A stretch of DNA of 56,236 nucleotides, taken from positions 1-56,236 of the forward strand of contig DAXB01000042.1 in assembly GCA_002506175.1 (NCBI GenBank). The letters are read 5' to 3'. The notes below the pieces were generated by a model, which was not told the origin of the DNA, did not search any database, and worked only from the letters and a program-made list of their open reading frames with translations. Shown one piece after another: positions 18,374 to 29,222 of this stretch. Position numbers and translations under genes: made by a program. This DNA comes from Methanomassiliicoccaceae archaeon UBA113. GTDB taxonomy: Archaea > Thermoplasmatota > Thermoplasmata > Methanomassiliicoccales > Methanomethylophilaceae. The first letter of the stretch is position 1. Each line of letters starts with the position of its first letter.

Positions 18374-20625
18374 CTTACGTCTGCCTCGTCAAGGATCTCA
18401 GAGTCCTCGTCGACGGTGATTACACACTCCTTTCCGTCTCCGAAAGGCATGATATTATCTCCGTCGATGATTGCGACGACTCTCTTGGGTGCTCCATCAG
18501 GGAGCTTCATGTCCTTGCCCATGAACTTTCCGTCCTGGACAGTGGACATCTTGATGGTCACTGCCTCGAAGTGCTTCAACTCGATCCTGGAGGATGAGTT
18601 CTCGAGTCCGCAGTTCAGCTTGGTTCCGTTGGGAACATCCGTGCTGGGTTTGAGGAGCGCGAGGTGTGTTCCTCCGACCTTCTCATCGTCCGCAGCCATT
18701 AGCATTCCGGCAGATTCTACACCGCGGAACTTGGCCTTCTTCAGGTTGGATATGACGAGCAGTCTCCTTCCCATCATGTAGTCTCTGGGGAACAGGGGCT
18801 TGATGTTGGTAACAAGCTGTCTGGGCTCCTCCTCCCCGAGGTCGACCTTGAGCACATAGAGCTTCTCTGCCTCTGGGTGGTCGTCCACAGCGATTATGGT
18901 TCCGACACGGATGTCGAGCTTCCTGAAGTCGGCGAACGGTCCGGTGAAGTTGGCGGGCTGTGCTGCTGCCTCGGGCTTCTTCTCTTCCTTCTTCTCCTTG
19001 AGCTCCGGGATATCCACCTTTTTGAATACGGGTACGGAGTCGTTGAGTGACTGTCCGATCTTCACTCCGGATTTCACGAAATCCAGTCCTGCATCCTGAA
19101 CGGTTCCTTCGTTGTTGAGGAATCCCCAGATCCTCTCGGAGGACTTGGGCATGTAGGGCCATGCGAAGATCGACAGGGCTTGAACGAGCCTGAGGACGTT
19201 GTATATGACGTTTCCGCACGCATCTTTGTCCTCTTTCACGAGTTTCCAGGGTGCTGCATCATTGAAGTACTTGTTGCTGAAGGAGGCGAGGTTCATGACT
19301 GCCTTGAGTCCTTTCTTGAAGTCGCAGTGCGAGAGGCATTCTATGTATTCTGCGAGTGTCTCCTCGATAGCTTTGGTTACCTCCGGATCGTCAGTACCGG
19401 CGGGGATTGCTCCATAGTTCTTCTTGGCGAAGTCGAGTGACCTGTGGTAGAAGTTTCCGAGTGCCGCTACGAGTTCGTTGTTGACCTTTGTCTGGAAGTC
19501 CTCCCATGTGAACTCCGAGTCGTGTGTGTCGGGCATGACCGCCGACAGGTAGTACCTTACGACATCCGCATCGAATTTCTCGAGGACGCTCGGGATGTCG
19601 ATCGCTCCTCCGCGGCTCTTGGAGAGCTTCCCCCCTCCGAGCATGAGGTATTCGTTGGCAGGGATGTCGTAGGGGAGCTCTATGTTGCCCAGTCCCATGA
19701 GGATCGCGGGCCAGATGATGGAGTGGAACGGGATGTTGTCCTTCCCGATGAAGTAGTAGTGCTTGCACTCGGGGTTCTGCCAGAATTCCTTCCAGTAGTC
19801 GGGCTTGCCGATCATCTTGGAGTACTCGACGGAGGCGGAAAGGTAACCGATGACCGCCTCGAACCATACGTAGATGACCTTGTCGTCCCAGCCTTCTACA
19901 GGTATGGGGACTCCCCAGGACATGTCTCTGGTGATGGCCCTGTCGAAGAGGCCCTCGTCGGAAAGCCAGTTCTGCGTGAACGCCTTGACGTTTGCTCTCC
20001 AGTAGTCCTTGGAGCTCACGTATTCGAGGAGTTGGTCCCTGAACGCGCTGAGCTTGAGGAAGAAGTGCTGGGTGGGCCTGATCTCAGGAGTTGTTCCGCA
20101 CAGTGTGCAGTACGGCTCCTTCAGATCGCCGGGTTCGAACGTCGTTCCGCACGCGTCGCACTGGTCGGAACGTGTCTTCTCCGCACCGCATTTGGGACAG
20201 ATTCCCTCGACGTACCTGTCGGGGAGGAAACGGCTGCATTTGGGACAGAAGTACTGGTTGGTCTCCTTGATGTAGATGTAGCCTTTGTCCTTGAGGTCGT
20301 TGAAGATCTTCTGGGTGACCTCTATGTGTGTGTCGCAGTGCGTCTTGTTGTAGAGCGAGTATTCGATGCCGAGATCCTCGATCGCTTTCTTGTTGATCTC
20401 ATGATACATGTTGGCGTATTCTTCGGGGGTGACGCCCTTCTTCTCCGCAGAGACGGTGATGGGTGTTCCGTGCTGATCGGATCCTCCGACCATGAGAACC
20501 TCGTTGCCGATGAGAAGGTTGTATCTTCTGAAAATGTCCGGCGGAAGCAGGGAACCTGCCACGTGTCCGAGGTGTATGGGCCCGTTTGCGTAGGGCCATG
20601 CGATGTTGATGCAAATCTTCGACAT
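18370..20625 (-). CDS. metG: methionine--tRNA ligase
   Basis: PYANGPIHLGH (HIGH), zinc-knuckle CxxC motifs, YVWFEA, KLSKS (KMSKS), C-terminal tRNA-binding OB domain. Confidence 0.97.
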   Translation of the reverse strand: MSKICINIAWPYANGPIHLGHVAGSLLPPDIFRRYNLLIGNEVLMVGGSDQHGTPITVSAEKKGVTPEEYANMYHEINKKAIEDLGIEYSLYNKTHCDTHIEVTQKIFNDLKDKGYIYIKETNQYFCPKCSRFLPDRYVEGICPKCGAEKTRSDQCDACGTTFEPGDLKEPYCTLCGTTPEIRPTQHFFLKLSAFRDQLLEYVSSKDYWRANVKAFTQNWLSDEGLFDRAITRDMSWGVPIPVEGWDDKVIYVWFEAVIGYLSASVEYSKMIGKPDYWKEFWQNPECKHYYFIGKDNIPFHSIIWPAILMGLGNIELPYDIPANEYLMLGGGKLSKSRGGAIDIPSVLEKFDADVVRYYLSAVMPDTHDSEFTWEDFQTKVNNELVAALGNFYHRSLDFAKKNYGAIPAGTDDPEVTKAIEETLAEYIECLSHCDFKKGLKAVMNLASFSNKYFNDAAPWKLVKEDKDACGNVIYNVLRLVQALSIFAWPYMPKSSERIWGFLNNEGTVQDAGLDFVKSGVKIGQSLNDSVPVFKKVDIPELKEKKEEKKPEAAAQPANFTGPFADFRKLDIRVGTIIAVDDHPEAEKLYVLKVDLGEEEPRQLVTNIKPLFPRDYMMGRRLLVISNLKKAKFRGVESAGMLMAADDEKVGGTHLALLKPSTDVPNGTKLNCGLENSSSRIELKHFEAVTIKMSTVQDGKFMGKDMKLPDGAPKRVVAIIDGDNIMPFGDGKECVITVDEDSEILDEADVR

Positions 20626-20664
20626 TATGTTACCGTGTTCTCAATCGCGCACACGCTATTAATA

Positions 20665-22029
20665 TTATGTCGAGAGGGAGGCTTTGGCCGCTCTATCCAA
20701 CATGATTTTCCCGTGCAGGACCATGGCTACCCCTCCGAGCGTTTCGACGACTATGAGCGCCCATCCGATGGACAGGAGGGTTCCGAATGTGACTGCCATC
20801 AGCCAGTATGCCAGGGTGACCACGATGTTCCTGATCAGGCAGTTGACCATGGCGTGGTTCGCCTTGGATATCGACTGCATCAGGGACGAGCCCACGTAGA
20901 CCAGGGAGAACGGTGGCAGCATGACCGCCAGGGCGTATGTGAAGAGGACCATGTCGTCGTGCATGAACAGCATGTCGTCTGTGCGAAGGAAGACGTCTGC
21001 GATGGGTTCGGCCAGCAGTGCGAATATGGCGCTCAGGACAATGAGGCAGATCAGGGAGCGTTTGATCGTGAACGCGTATGCATCCCTGATCATCCCGAAT
21101 TCCTTCATTCCGTACTCCGCAGAACAGACTGCGACCATCGCACCTCCCATGGCCTGAGCAGGTATGGCTGCGATCATTCCGATCCTCCATACCATGGTGT
21201 AGACCGCCAGCCCTGCATTGCCGACGCACATGACCACGAACAGGTTCAGGAATATGTTGAAGAAGTTCATGATCGTGAGCTCGAAAGTCTCTGGGAGACC
21301 GACTCCGAGGATCTCTTTCTGGAGCCTCTTGTTGAATCTGAAGTTCTTCCTCTCGAAGCGGATGTACATCTCGCTGCTCCTGAAGTACCAATAGAACGCC
21401 ATCAGGGATGAGATCACGAATGCTATGACCGTGGCCCATGCGGCTCCGGCCACACCCATGTTCATCGTGAAGATCATGATCGGGTCCAGAACGATGTTGA
21501 CAGCCGCTCCGGCCACCTGTATGGCCATCGAACGTTTGGCCGCCCCTTCTCCGCGCAGCATACCGGACATGACCCCGCTCAGCACTATGAAGAACGCACC
21601 GAGGTACAGGGGCACCCCGTACGAGAGGCAGGCTTCCACCATGCCGCCCCCGCCCATCAGTATTATGACTGGTTCCGCAGTGGCGACAAGAATGACAGTC
21701 AGCATAACGGAGACGATCAGTGTGATCACCAGGCTCTGCGCTGCAACTCCGTTCGCATCTTCATGATTCTTCAGTCCGATGTTCCTTGCGATAGCCGCAG
21801 CCGCCCCGATACCGAGTCCGATACCTACGCCTGTGAGGACTGAATAAAGCGGATACACTATCCCTAGGGCGGCCATCGGCGCCTCACCCAGATCCGATAC
21901 CCAGAAGCTGTCCACTATGTTGTTGAGGTTCTGTACCAGGAGAGCTATGGCTATAGGCATGCTCAGTGCGAGCACTCCCGCCCTCTGGTTCCCCAGAAGG
22001 ACCTTTACTCCCTTGGTATCCTCGGTCAT
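20665..22029 (-). CDS. MATE family efflux transporter
   Basis: NIVDSFWVS, RGEG, NIVLDPIMIF..MGVAGAAWAT; about 12 TM helices. Confidence 0.93.
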   Translation of the reverse strand: MTEDTKGVKVLLGNQRAGVLALSMPIAIALLVQNLNNIVDSFWVSDLGEAPMAALGIVYPLYSVLTGVGIGLGIGAAAAIARNIGLKNHEDANGVAAQSLVITLIVSVMLTVILVATAEPVIILMGGGGMVEACLSYGVPLYLGAFFIVLSGVMSGMLRGEGAAKRSMAIQVAGAAVNIVLDPIMIFTMNMGVAGAAWATVIAFVISSLMAFYWYFRSSEMYIRFERKNFRFNKRLQKEILGVGLPETFELTIMNFFNIFLNLFVVMCVGNAGLAVYTMVWRIGMIAAIPAQAMGGAMVAVCSAEYGMKEFGMIRDAYAFTIKRSLICLIVLSAIFALLAEPIADVFLRTDDMLFMHDDMVLFTYALAVMLPPFSLVYVGSSLMQSISKANHAMVNCLIRNIVVTLAYWLMAVTFGTLLSIGWALIVVETLGGVAMVLHGKIMLDRAAKASLST

Positions 22030-22126
22030 AACCTGCCTTTCAGGCACACGTGGTATATCAACATGTGCCGTTAACTAACGTTCAATCGATGTGCCACTTT
22101 TTATATAGCGACCCTATCGCGCACAT

Positions 22127-23926
22127 ATGCGTATAGCAGCGGTCCTCATCGACAGATGTCAAAACAAGAAATGCAACCATGAATGCGAGAAGTTCTGTCC
22201 TCTCAACAGGACGGGAGTGGAATGCGTGACATTCGGTGAGAGAGGGAAGCCGGTGATCTCCGAGGAACTCTGCCAGGGATGCGGTATCTGCGTCAACAAG
22301 TGCATGTTCGATGCGGTCAAGATCATCGGATTGGCGGACGAGCTCAAGAGCGAGATGATCCACCAGTACGGGGAGAACGCGTTCCGTCTGTACAGGCTCC
22401 CTGTACCAAAGAAGGGATTGGTCACAGGTATCCTGGGACCGAATGGAATCGGAAAATCCACTGCTATCAAGATGCTGTCCGGAGTGGAGGTTCCCAACCT
22501 CGGAAACTACGAGAACCCCCCGAGCAAAGAAGAGGTCCTTAAGCACTTCGCCGGAACAGAGATTCACGATTATCTGAAGAACGTCTACGACGGCAAGATC
22601 AAGACCGCGATCAAGCCGCAGTACGTCGATATGCTGCCAAAGGCATCGAACGGTGTCGTCAGGGACCTCCTATCTAAGGTCCAGGAGCGCATGACAGTCG
22701 AAGAGGCTGCAAAAATATTCGAGCTCGAGGAGGTCCTCGACAGGGAGCTGTCCAAGCTTTCAGGAGGAGAGCTTCAGCGTCTCGCCATGGCAGCGACAAT
22801 GATGAAGGATGCCGATGTGTACTTCTTCGATGAGCCCACGTCCTACCTGGATATCTATCAGAGGGTAAAGATGGCGAGGCTGATCAAAGATCTCAGCGCG
22901 GAGAAGCAGGTCATGGTCATAGAGCACGACCTGGCCATCCTTGACTTCCTCGCGGACAATGTCAATGTCGTGTACGGAACTGAGGGAGCGTACGGAGTGT
23001 TCACGATGGCAAGACAGGTCAGGACCGCCATCAACGTCTACCTCGACGGTTATCTCCCGGAGGAGAACATCAGGTTCAGGGTCAGGCCCATCGAGTTCGA
23101 GGCGTCGCCTCCCAGAGCAGACTGGCAGACGGCCGACATCATCTCGTTCAAGGACCTGAAGAAGGATTTCGGGGAGTTCAAGCTCGACATCAGCGGAGGA
23201 GCCGTGAAGATCGGGGAGTCCGTTGGTATCGTAGGACCTAACGCAACCGGAAAGACCACATTCGTCAAGATGCTCGCAGGAGCGATCCAAGCCGATGCCG
23301 GAGAGATGGACAACAAGGTCAAGGTGGCATACAAGCCCCAGTACATCTCAGCCGATTTCGACGGAACCGTACAGGACCTTCTGTTCGCCAAGGCATACGA
23401 CACCGTCAATTCCAGTTTCTTCAACGGAGAGGTCATCGAGCCTCTCGGAATCAAGTTCCTCATGGACAAGGAGGTCAAGAACCTGTCAGGAGGAGAGCTC
23501 CAGCGTGTAGCAATCACACTTTGTCTCGCCACAGAGGCAGACATGTACCTCTTCGATGAGCCTTCCGCTTATCTCGATTCCAACCAGAGGATGAATGCTG
23601 CGAAGACCATCAGGAGGATGATGGAGAAGACCGGACGCAGCGGAATGATCGTAGATCACGACATTTATTTCCTCGACATGGTCTCTGACTCCATGATGGT
23701 GTTCGGAGGAGATCCAGGACACCACGGTGTAGGAGACGGACCGTTCGACATGCGTGAGGGAATGAACAAGTTCCTCGCAGCCGTCGACATCACGTTCAGG
23801 AGAGACGCCGATTCCCACAGGCCCAGGATCAACAAGCCCGATTCCAGGCTGGATAGGGAGCAGAAGTCCAAAGGCGAGTATTACTACGCCGACCCTCTGA
23901 AACAGGTCAAAGAAGAGTCGGAATGA
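22127..23926 (+). CDS. ribosome recycling ATPase ABCE1 (RLI)
   Basis: N-terminal Fe-S Cys motifs and two ABC domains (GPNGIGKS, LSGGELQR, GPNATGKT). Confidence 0.97.
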   Translation: MRIAAVLIDRCQNKKCNHECEKFCPLNRTGVECVTFGERGKPVISEELCQGCGICVNKCMFDAVKIIGLADELKSEMIHQYGENAFRLYRLPVPKKGLVTGILGPNGIGKSTAIKMLSGVEVPNLGNYENPPSKEEVLKHFAGTEIHDYLKNVYDGKIKTAIKPQYVDMLPKASNGVVRDLLSKVQERMTVEEAAKIFELEEVLDRELSKLSGGELQRLAMAATMMKDADVYFFDEPTSYLDIYQRVKMARLIKDLSAEKQVMVIEHDLAILDFLADNVNVVYGTEGAYGVFTMARQVRTAINVYLDGYLPEENIRFRVRPIEFEASPPRADWQTADIISFKDLKKDFGEFKLDISGGAVKIGESVGIVGPNATGKTTFVKMLAGAIQADAGEMDNKVKVAYKPQYISADFDGTVQDLLFAKAYDTVNSSFFNGEVIEPLGIKFLMDKEVKNLSGGELQRVAITLCLATEADMYLFDEPSAYLDSNQRMNAAKTIRRMMEKTGRSGMIVDHDIYFLDMVSDSMMVFGGDPGHHGVGDGPFDMREGMNKFLAAVDITFRRDADSHRPRINKPDSRLDREQKSKGEYYYADPLKQVKEESE

Positions 23927-23936
23927 GGCGAAATCC

Positions 23937-24884
23937 ATGGGAAAAGCTGATACCCACCTCCATACGGAGTATTCAGGATTCACCAAGCTCGGAGTCATGA
24001 AGTTCCCCGAGTCGGTGACGCAGCCGTGGGAGCAGGTGGAGAAAGGAAGGCAGAACGGGATGGATGTGATATGCATCACGGACCATGACGAGACCGCCGG
24101 AGCATTCATAGCGCAGGATTATGCGAAAAAGTATGACGATATCGAGGTTGTGATCGGAGAAGAGGTCACGACAGCCGATGGAGAGGTCATAGGGTTGTTC
24201 CTCAACGAGAGGATCCCAGACGGGCTTCCGGTGGAGGAGACCGTCGACATAATCCGTTCGCAGGGTGGACTCACGATAGCTCCGCATCCGTTCAGCTTCC
24301 ATGTTTTCGCCCTCAGGGAGAAGATCCTCACACTGGACCTGGATGGGTTCGAGACAATCAACGGAGGGCATCCAGACAAGTATTCCAACAGGTTCGCCAA
24401 GATGGTCATGGACCGCTATCCGAAGAGGTGGGCAGAGATGTCCGGTTCCGATGCTCATTCCGTATACACGTCAGGATACAATTGGACCGAGTTCGAAGGG
24501 ACGACTGCGGACGACCTCAGGAAATCAATCCTCAACAGGACGACGAAGGCTGCAGGGGAACCCGCACCCGTACTGGGGCAGGTCCAATGGAGTCTCGATG
24601 TCGCCATCGGCGGACAGAAACTCATGTACAAGGCTCTCCGCGGGAAGCTGGAGCCTGTGAAGGACGATCATCTCATCGAGAAGATCCTGAGCGTCAACGA
24701 TCTTAAGAAGTTCACAGGCATCGTTGCCGCCGCGGCCTACATCCCTCCATGGATGTGCGGTCTGGGAACGGTCCTGAGTACCGCGTGGCTGGCCAAGGGT
24801 GCCAGGAAACTGGATAAAGAGATCCCCCAGCGTCTTGCGGAGATCGACAGGATTATAGCTGAGTACGATGCCGGAAAGAACTGA
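23937..24884 (+). CDS. PHP-family phosphoesterase
   Basis: DTHLHT, ITDHD, GEEV, PHPF, GSDAH. Confidence 0.9.
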   Translation: MGKADTHLHTEYSGFTKLGVMKFPESVTQPWEQVEKGRQNGMDVICITDHDETAGAFIAQDYAKKYDDIEVVIGEEVTTADGEVIGLFLNERIPDGLPVEETVDIIRSQGGLTIAPHPFSFHVFALREKILTLDLDGFETINGGHPDKYSNRFAKMVMDRYPKRWAEMSGSDAHSVYTSGYNWTEFEGTTADDLRKSILNRTTKAAGEPAPVLGQVQWSLDVAIGGQKLMYKALRGKLEPVKDDHLIEKILSVNDLKKFTGIVAAAAYIPPWMCGLGTVLSTAWLAKGARKLDKEIPQRLAEIDRIIAEYDAGKN

Positions 24885-25227
24885 GGTCTACAAGATAGGC
24901 GTCAACATTCCAGGGGAGTTCCTGGATAGGCTTATGGACGAAGTGACCGCATCGATCGAGCCGCTTTACCCGAAGTACGACCGTACATTCATGTATTGGC
25001 CGGTCAAAGGGACCTGGAGGCCGTTGGATGGAGCCGATCCGTTCGATGGAAAGGTCGACGAGATATCGGTAGCTGATGAAATCAGGATCGAGTTCGCCGT
25101 CAGGGACGATTATCTCAAAGCAGCTGTGGAAGCTATCGTCAGGGTTCACCCTTACGAGGAACCGGCCATCGACATCATTCCGATGGTCGGGTGGCGCGAG
25201 CTCATTCTTCCTTCGGACGATACATGA
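24868..25227 (+). CDS. YqfO/NIF3-associated PII-like protein
   Basis: GTWRPLDGADPF and VHPYEEPAIDI motifs. Confidence 0.8.
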   Translation: MPERTEVYKIGVNIPGEFLDRLMDEVTASIEPLYPKYDRTFMYWPVKGTWRPLDGADPFDGKVDEISVADEIRIEFAVRDDYLKAAVEAIVRVHPYEEPAIDIIPMVGWRELILPSDDT

Positions 25228-25783
25228 ATATGTTATCGAACGTCTTCTGCATCCTGTGGATCTTAAGGCTCTGTTTCCTGTAATCGAGTTCGTCTTCGCT
25301 TAGGATTCCGATCTTCACGAACTCATCCAGGGCTTCATACGCACCCTCGTAGTCGGATTCAGCTCCGACCATCACATCGATGAGTCTGTTGCGGCATGAG
25401 ATGTTCTTCGGAAGCGCACCGCCGTTGTCTCTCAGGAACTGTCCCTTGATGGAAGGGAAGAGATCCAGGTTGTCGCAGCAGCACTTCTTCAGAGTATCAT
25501 TGTCCTCTGCACCGAATAATCCCTCTATGTATGCCTCTGTCACCTTGAATCTGTCGTAGTCTGTCAGTTCCTTCGTGAGCGCGAACTGCCCGGCGAGGAC
25601 GGAGAGCTTGTAGTTGTGGTCCTCGCATGAACGGGACATCAGATCGACCAGAAACGCCTGGGTTGAAGATGTGTCGATGCCTTGGAGGTACCTCTTCACC
25701 TTGACCTTGTTGATGTCGTTGAGGGAAGCGTACCAATCTCCGAGCCCTGCGTCCGATAATTCCGAGGGGATGTCCTGTGCCAT
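25202..25783 (-). CDS. hypothetical helical protein
   Basis: Fills the gap after the CDF gene on the same strand. Start MAQDIPS. Confidence 0.75.
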   Translation of the reverse strand: MAQDIPSELSDAGLGDWYASLNDINKVKVKRYLQGIDTSSTQAFLVDLMSRSCEDHNYKLSVLAGQFALTKELTDYDRFKVTEAYIEGLFGAEDNDTLKKCCCDNLDLFPSIKGQFLRDNGGALPKNISCRNRLIDVMVGAESDYEGAYEALDEFVKIGILSEDELDYRKQSLKIHRMQKTFDNIFMYRPKEE

Positions 25784-25793
25784 GCACAGGGTA

Positions 25794-26834
25794 TCAACTG
25801 CTCGGCTTAATAGAATCATCTATCACGATAACCTTGGATGGGACGTGCATCTCCTGCGAACAGAGCATATCGGGGGTCCAGATAAGGTATTTCTCGAATT
25901 CCTCCTTCCTTCCGAAGCAGTTCCTGCAGCAATATCTGCAGATGCTGTCGGAACACGGTACCGGGGTCATAGATATCTCCACAGAGTCGCCGAACTTGGA
26001 TTGAAGCGCCTGCGAGAGCTCATCCTTCTCATGGTCGGCATACTCGACGGACATGTCCTTCGGGAGGACCAGATGGAGATCCACGTAGATCTTGTGGCCG
26101 TACTTGATCATCCTGAGCCTGTACAGGTCGATCCAATCGTCATGTCTGTATTCGTTGAGGAGTTTTGCCATATCGTTCATGAGGGCCGAGTCGGTCTTGT
26201 CCATCGAGTCATCCATGCTCTGCTTGAGGACCTTCACTCCGGTGTATCCGATGATTATTCCGAACACTATGGCTATGGATGAATCCAGCCATGCCGCTTC
26301 GTAACCGAAGGCCAGGAGGCCGTATACAACGAAGAGTCCGATTATGATGCCGACGGACGAGTAGGTGTCCGAGCACAGATGCTTACCGCTTGCAACCAGT
26401 GCGGGAGAGCGGTTCTTCTTTCCCTTCCTTATCGCCGCGCGTCCTACGATGTAGTTCACCAGTGCTGCAGCGGCTACGATGACCAGTCCGATGTCCAGCT
26501 GTCTTATCTCTCCGGGATGGAAGAATGAGTATACGGATTCCGCTATGATTATCAGCCCTGCGATGGTTATCATCGAACCTTCGATGGCCGCGGATATGTT
26601 CTCGATCTTCCCGTGTCCGAAGGGATGGTCCTTGTCCGCTGGAATAGATGAGATATACAGCGCGTAAAGACCGACGAATGCCGCCACCACATTGACGATG
26701 GATTCCAGCGCATCGGTCAGGATGGCCACGGACCCAGTAAGATAGTAGGCGACGAACTTCACGGACAGGAGTATGACACCTACGGCTGCGATTATCTTCT
26801 GGAAATCGAAGTTGACCTTAGATGCCTCATCCAT
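25794..26834 (-). CDS. cation diffusion facilitator (CDF) transporter
   Basis: SVAILTDALES, HPFGHGKIE, HLCSD, and a C-terminal dimerisation domain with a Cys-rich tail. Confidence 0.93.
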   Translation of the reverse strand: MDEASKVNFDFQKIIAAVGVILLSVKFVAYYLTGSVAILTDALESIVNVVAAFVGLYALYISSIPADKDHPFGHGKIENISAAIEGSMITIAGLIIIAESVYSFFHPGEIRQLDIGLVIVAAAALVNYIVGRAAIRKGKKNRSPALVASGKHLCSDTYSSVGIIIGLFVVYGLLAFGYEAAWLDSSIAIVFGIIIGYTGVKVLKQSMDDSMDKTDSALMNDMAKLLNEYRHDDWIDLYRLRMIKYGHKIYVDLHLVLPKDMSVEYADHEKDELSQALQSKFGDSVEISMTPVPCSDSICRYCCRNCFGRKEEFEKYLIWTPDMLCSQEMHVPSKVIVIDDSIKPSS

Positions 26835-26849
26835 GTATCCAATCAGAAC

Positions 26850-28256
26850 TTATTTACTATAAACGTGAAGCGGTCGGGCATCCTTGGATGTGTTTCCCCT
26901 GAGGGCGGAAGCACCCATTCCTATGATGCACATGGCGGTGCAGACGATAAATGACCATCTGATGACTTCGAGGAACTGTCCGTAGGTCTCCGGACAGAGG
27001 TTATCCATGGAGCCCATTATCAGCGAGATGAACATCATGGCTATTCCCATGCTCACGACCATTCCTGTCTGCCTCATGAAGGACAGCAGTCCAGATGCCT
27101 CGCCCGTGTACTCCTTTGGGACTGAGGACATGAGAATGGTGGTGTTCGGGGCGGAGAACAGAGAGAATCCGATTCCTGCCAGGACCATGGTGATGACAAC
27201 TATGACGAGTGTAGTGTTCATATCGTAGAAGATGAACGTGGCCATTCCGACGGCTATGATCGCCATTCCGGCCGTGGGCAGGATGTATTTCCTCTCGATT
27301 CTGTCACACAGTTTTCCGCACAACGGCGTTCCTACAGCCTGAATCGCAGGCTGAACGATCATCAGGATGCCTGCTTCGGTGGCAGTCAGCTGACCGATGC
27401 TCTGAAGGTACAGCGCCAGGAAGAACGATACCGAGAACGATGCGGCATAGCTCATGAACGTTGCGACGCAGGATCCGGAGAACACCTTGTTCCTGAACAG
27501 TTTCATCTCCAGGAGGCATTCCCTGTTCCCAATCTGCATCTTCACGAATACCGCGACCAGGATGATTCCCATTATGAGCGATGTGAGTGCGATGACGTTC
27601 GGGAGGTTCATCACCCCCAGCATCGAGAGGCCTATGGCGAGCGCATAGACCACAGCGCTCTTGGTGTCGAAGGAGCTTCCTTTCGCAGGAGCAATATCAT
27701 CTTTGAACATATGCAGGAACAGCATCGATGCCAGGCTCAAGGGAACGGTGGTGATGAACAGCACCCTCCAACCGAACAGGTCGTTGAACAGGCCTCCGAC
27801 CGCAGGGCCGATGGAAAGGCCGGTGTATATGCACATGGCCTGGATCCCCAGGATCGCACCCCTTCTGTTAGCAGGGACGACATCGACCAGGAGGGATACT
27901 CCTTCGATGGCCAAGGCAGCTGAACCTGCTCCTATGATCATCCTGCATGCTATTACGAACCAGAAGTTCGGCGACACGGATGCGAGGATGCATCCGGCCA
28001 TCACCACGACTAACCCTATGAAGAATGTCTTTTTCTTCCCTATGATGTCTCCGATCTTGGCTATCGGGACCATGAAGATAAGCGATGCCAGGAGGAATGC
28101 CGAGTTCACATAGGCGAGATCGTGGGATCCGACGTTGAATTCCGCACCTATATTGACCAGCGACAGGTTCATCATGGTGCTGAGGAGCGGAGTGATGAAA
28201 CATGAGATGCAGCAAGCAAGAATGATTGCCTTCACAGTCCCACGTTGATATGACAT
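26850..28256 (-). CDS. MFS transporter (DHA2/EmrB-like, about 14 TM)
   Basis: KIGDIIGKK motif A, GPAVGG..GWR, F.APNT. Confidence 0.9.
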   Translation of the reverse strand: MSYQRGTVKAIILACCISCFITPLLSTMMNLSLVNIGAEFNVGSHDLAYVNSAFLLASLIFMVPIAKIGDIIGKKKTFFIGLVVVMAGCILASVSPNFWFVIACRMIIGAGSAALAIEGVSLLVDVVPANRRGAILGIQAMCIYTGLSIGPAVGGLFNDLFGWRVLFITTVPLSLASMLFLHMFKDDIAPAKGSSFDTKSAVVYALAIGLSMLGVMNLPNVIALTSLIMGIILVAVFVKMQIGNRECLLEMKLFRNKVFSGSCVATFMSYAASFSVSFFLALYLQSIGQLTATEAGILMIVQPAIQAVGTPLCGKLCDRIERKYILPTAGMAIIAVGMATFIFYDMNTTLVIVVITMVLAGIGFSLFSAPNTTILMSSVPKEYTGEASGLLSFMRQTGMVVSMGIAMMFISLIMGSMDNLCPETYGQFLEVIRWSFIVCTAMCIIGMGASALRGNTSKDARPLHVYSK

Positions 28257-28314
28257 GTCGCACCTGATACCAAATCAACGATTTCGTATATACCTCTATA
28301 ACGTTCCTGGTTCC

Positions 28315-29220
28315 ATGGCAGTGTACAACAGCATCATAGAGACTATCGGGGAGACACCTATCGTCCGTCTGAATAAGATCGCGCCAGAGGGTTCCCACAT
28401 CTATGTGAAGATCGAGAGGGGAAACCCAGCCGGATCAATCAAGGACCGTGCGGCCCTGTTCATGATCGATGATGCCGAGTCCAAAGGGATCCTGAAGAAG
28501 GGCGGAACCATAGTCGAGCCCACATCAGGAAACACAGGCATAGCCATCGCAATGATAGCGGCAGTACGCGGATATAAAGCCGTCATCATCATGCCGGATA
28601 CCATGTCCAAGGAACGCATACAGGCTATGCGCGCCTATGATGCGGAGGTAATCCTCACACCCGGAAAAGAGGGAATGGACGGAGCGGTGAGGAAGGCTGA
28701 AGAAGTGGCGCAGGAGAGGGGCGGATGGGTCTGCGGGCAGTTCGACAACCTAATGAACTCCGCCGCACACAGGATGACGACCGGTAAAGAGATACTCAGG
28801 GACCTCCCGGATGTCGATTACGTTTTCGCCGGATTCGGAACAGGTGGCACAGTGTCCGGAATATCCATGGCGTTCAAGGATGCTGGTTCCAAGGCCAAGG
28901 TCGTAGGGGTGGAACCTGCGGAGAGTCCTCTCGTATCTGAGGGGCATGCAGGACCTCACAAGATCCAGGGAATCGGAGCAAATTTCGTGCCTGGCAACTT
29001 CAACAGGGAGCTCCTGTCCGACGTGGTAGTCGTCAAAGGGGATGATGCCATCAGGACCACCGTCGAGATGGCAAGGAAGGAGGGGATATTCTGCGGAATA
29101 TCATCCGGAGCTTCCGTATATGCGGCCATTCAGAAAGCCAAGGCCGAGCCCGGTAAGAAGATCCTCGCCATCCTTCCGGACGGCGGAGAGAAGTATATGA
29201 GCACGGGAATCTTCGATTGA
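28315..29220 (+). CDS. cysK: cysteine synthase A
   Basis: IGETP, NPAGSIKDR, EPTSGNTG, GTGGT, HKIQGIG, GISSG. Confidence 0.95.
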   Translation: MAVYNSIIETIGETPIVRLNKIAPEGSHIYVKIERGNPAGSIKDRAALFMIDDAESKGILKKGGTIVEPTSGNTGIAIAMIAAVRGYKAVIIMPDTMSKERIQAMRAYDAEVILTPGKEGMDGAVRKAEEVAQERGGWVCGQFDNLMNSAAHRMTTGKEILRDLPDVDYVFAGFGTGGTVSGISMAFKDAGSKAKVVGVEPAESPLVSEGHAGPHKIQGIGANFVPGNFNRELLSDVVVVKGDDAIRTTVEMARKEGIFCGISSGASVYAAIQKAKAEPGKKILAILPDGGEKYMSTGIFD

Positions 29221-29222
29221 CC

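Noticed and set aside
19444-21411. 655-aa plus-strand ORF
   Set aside because: Antisense shadow of metG and the MATE gene, with no recognisable motifs.
26850-29220. MFS exporter and cysK as members of the RiPP-like locus
   Set aside because: Plausible by adjacency only. Both are common stand-alone genes and cysK is convergent; synteny data would be needed.
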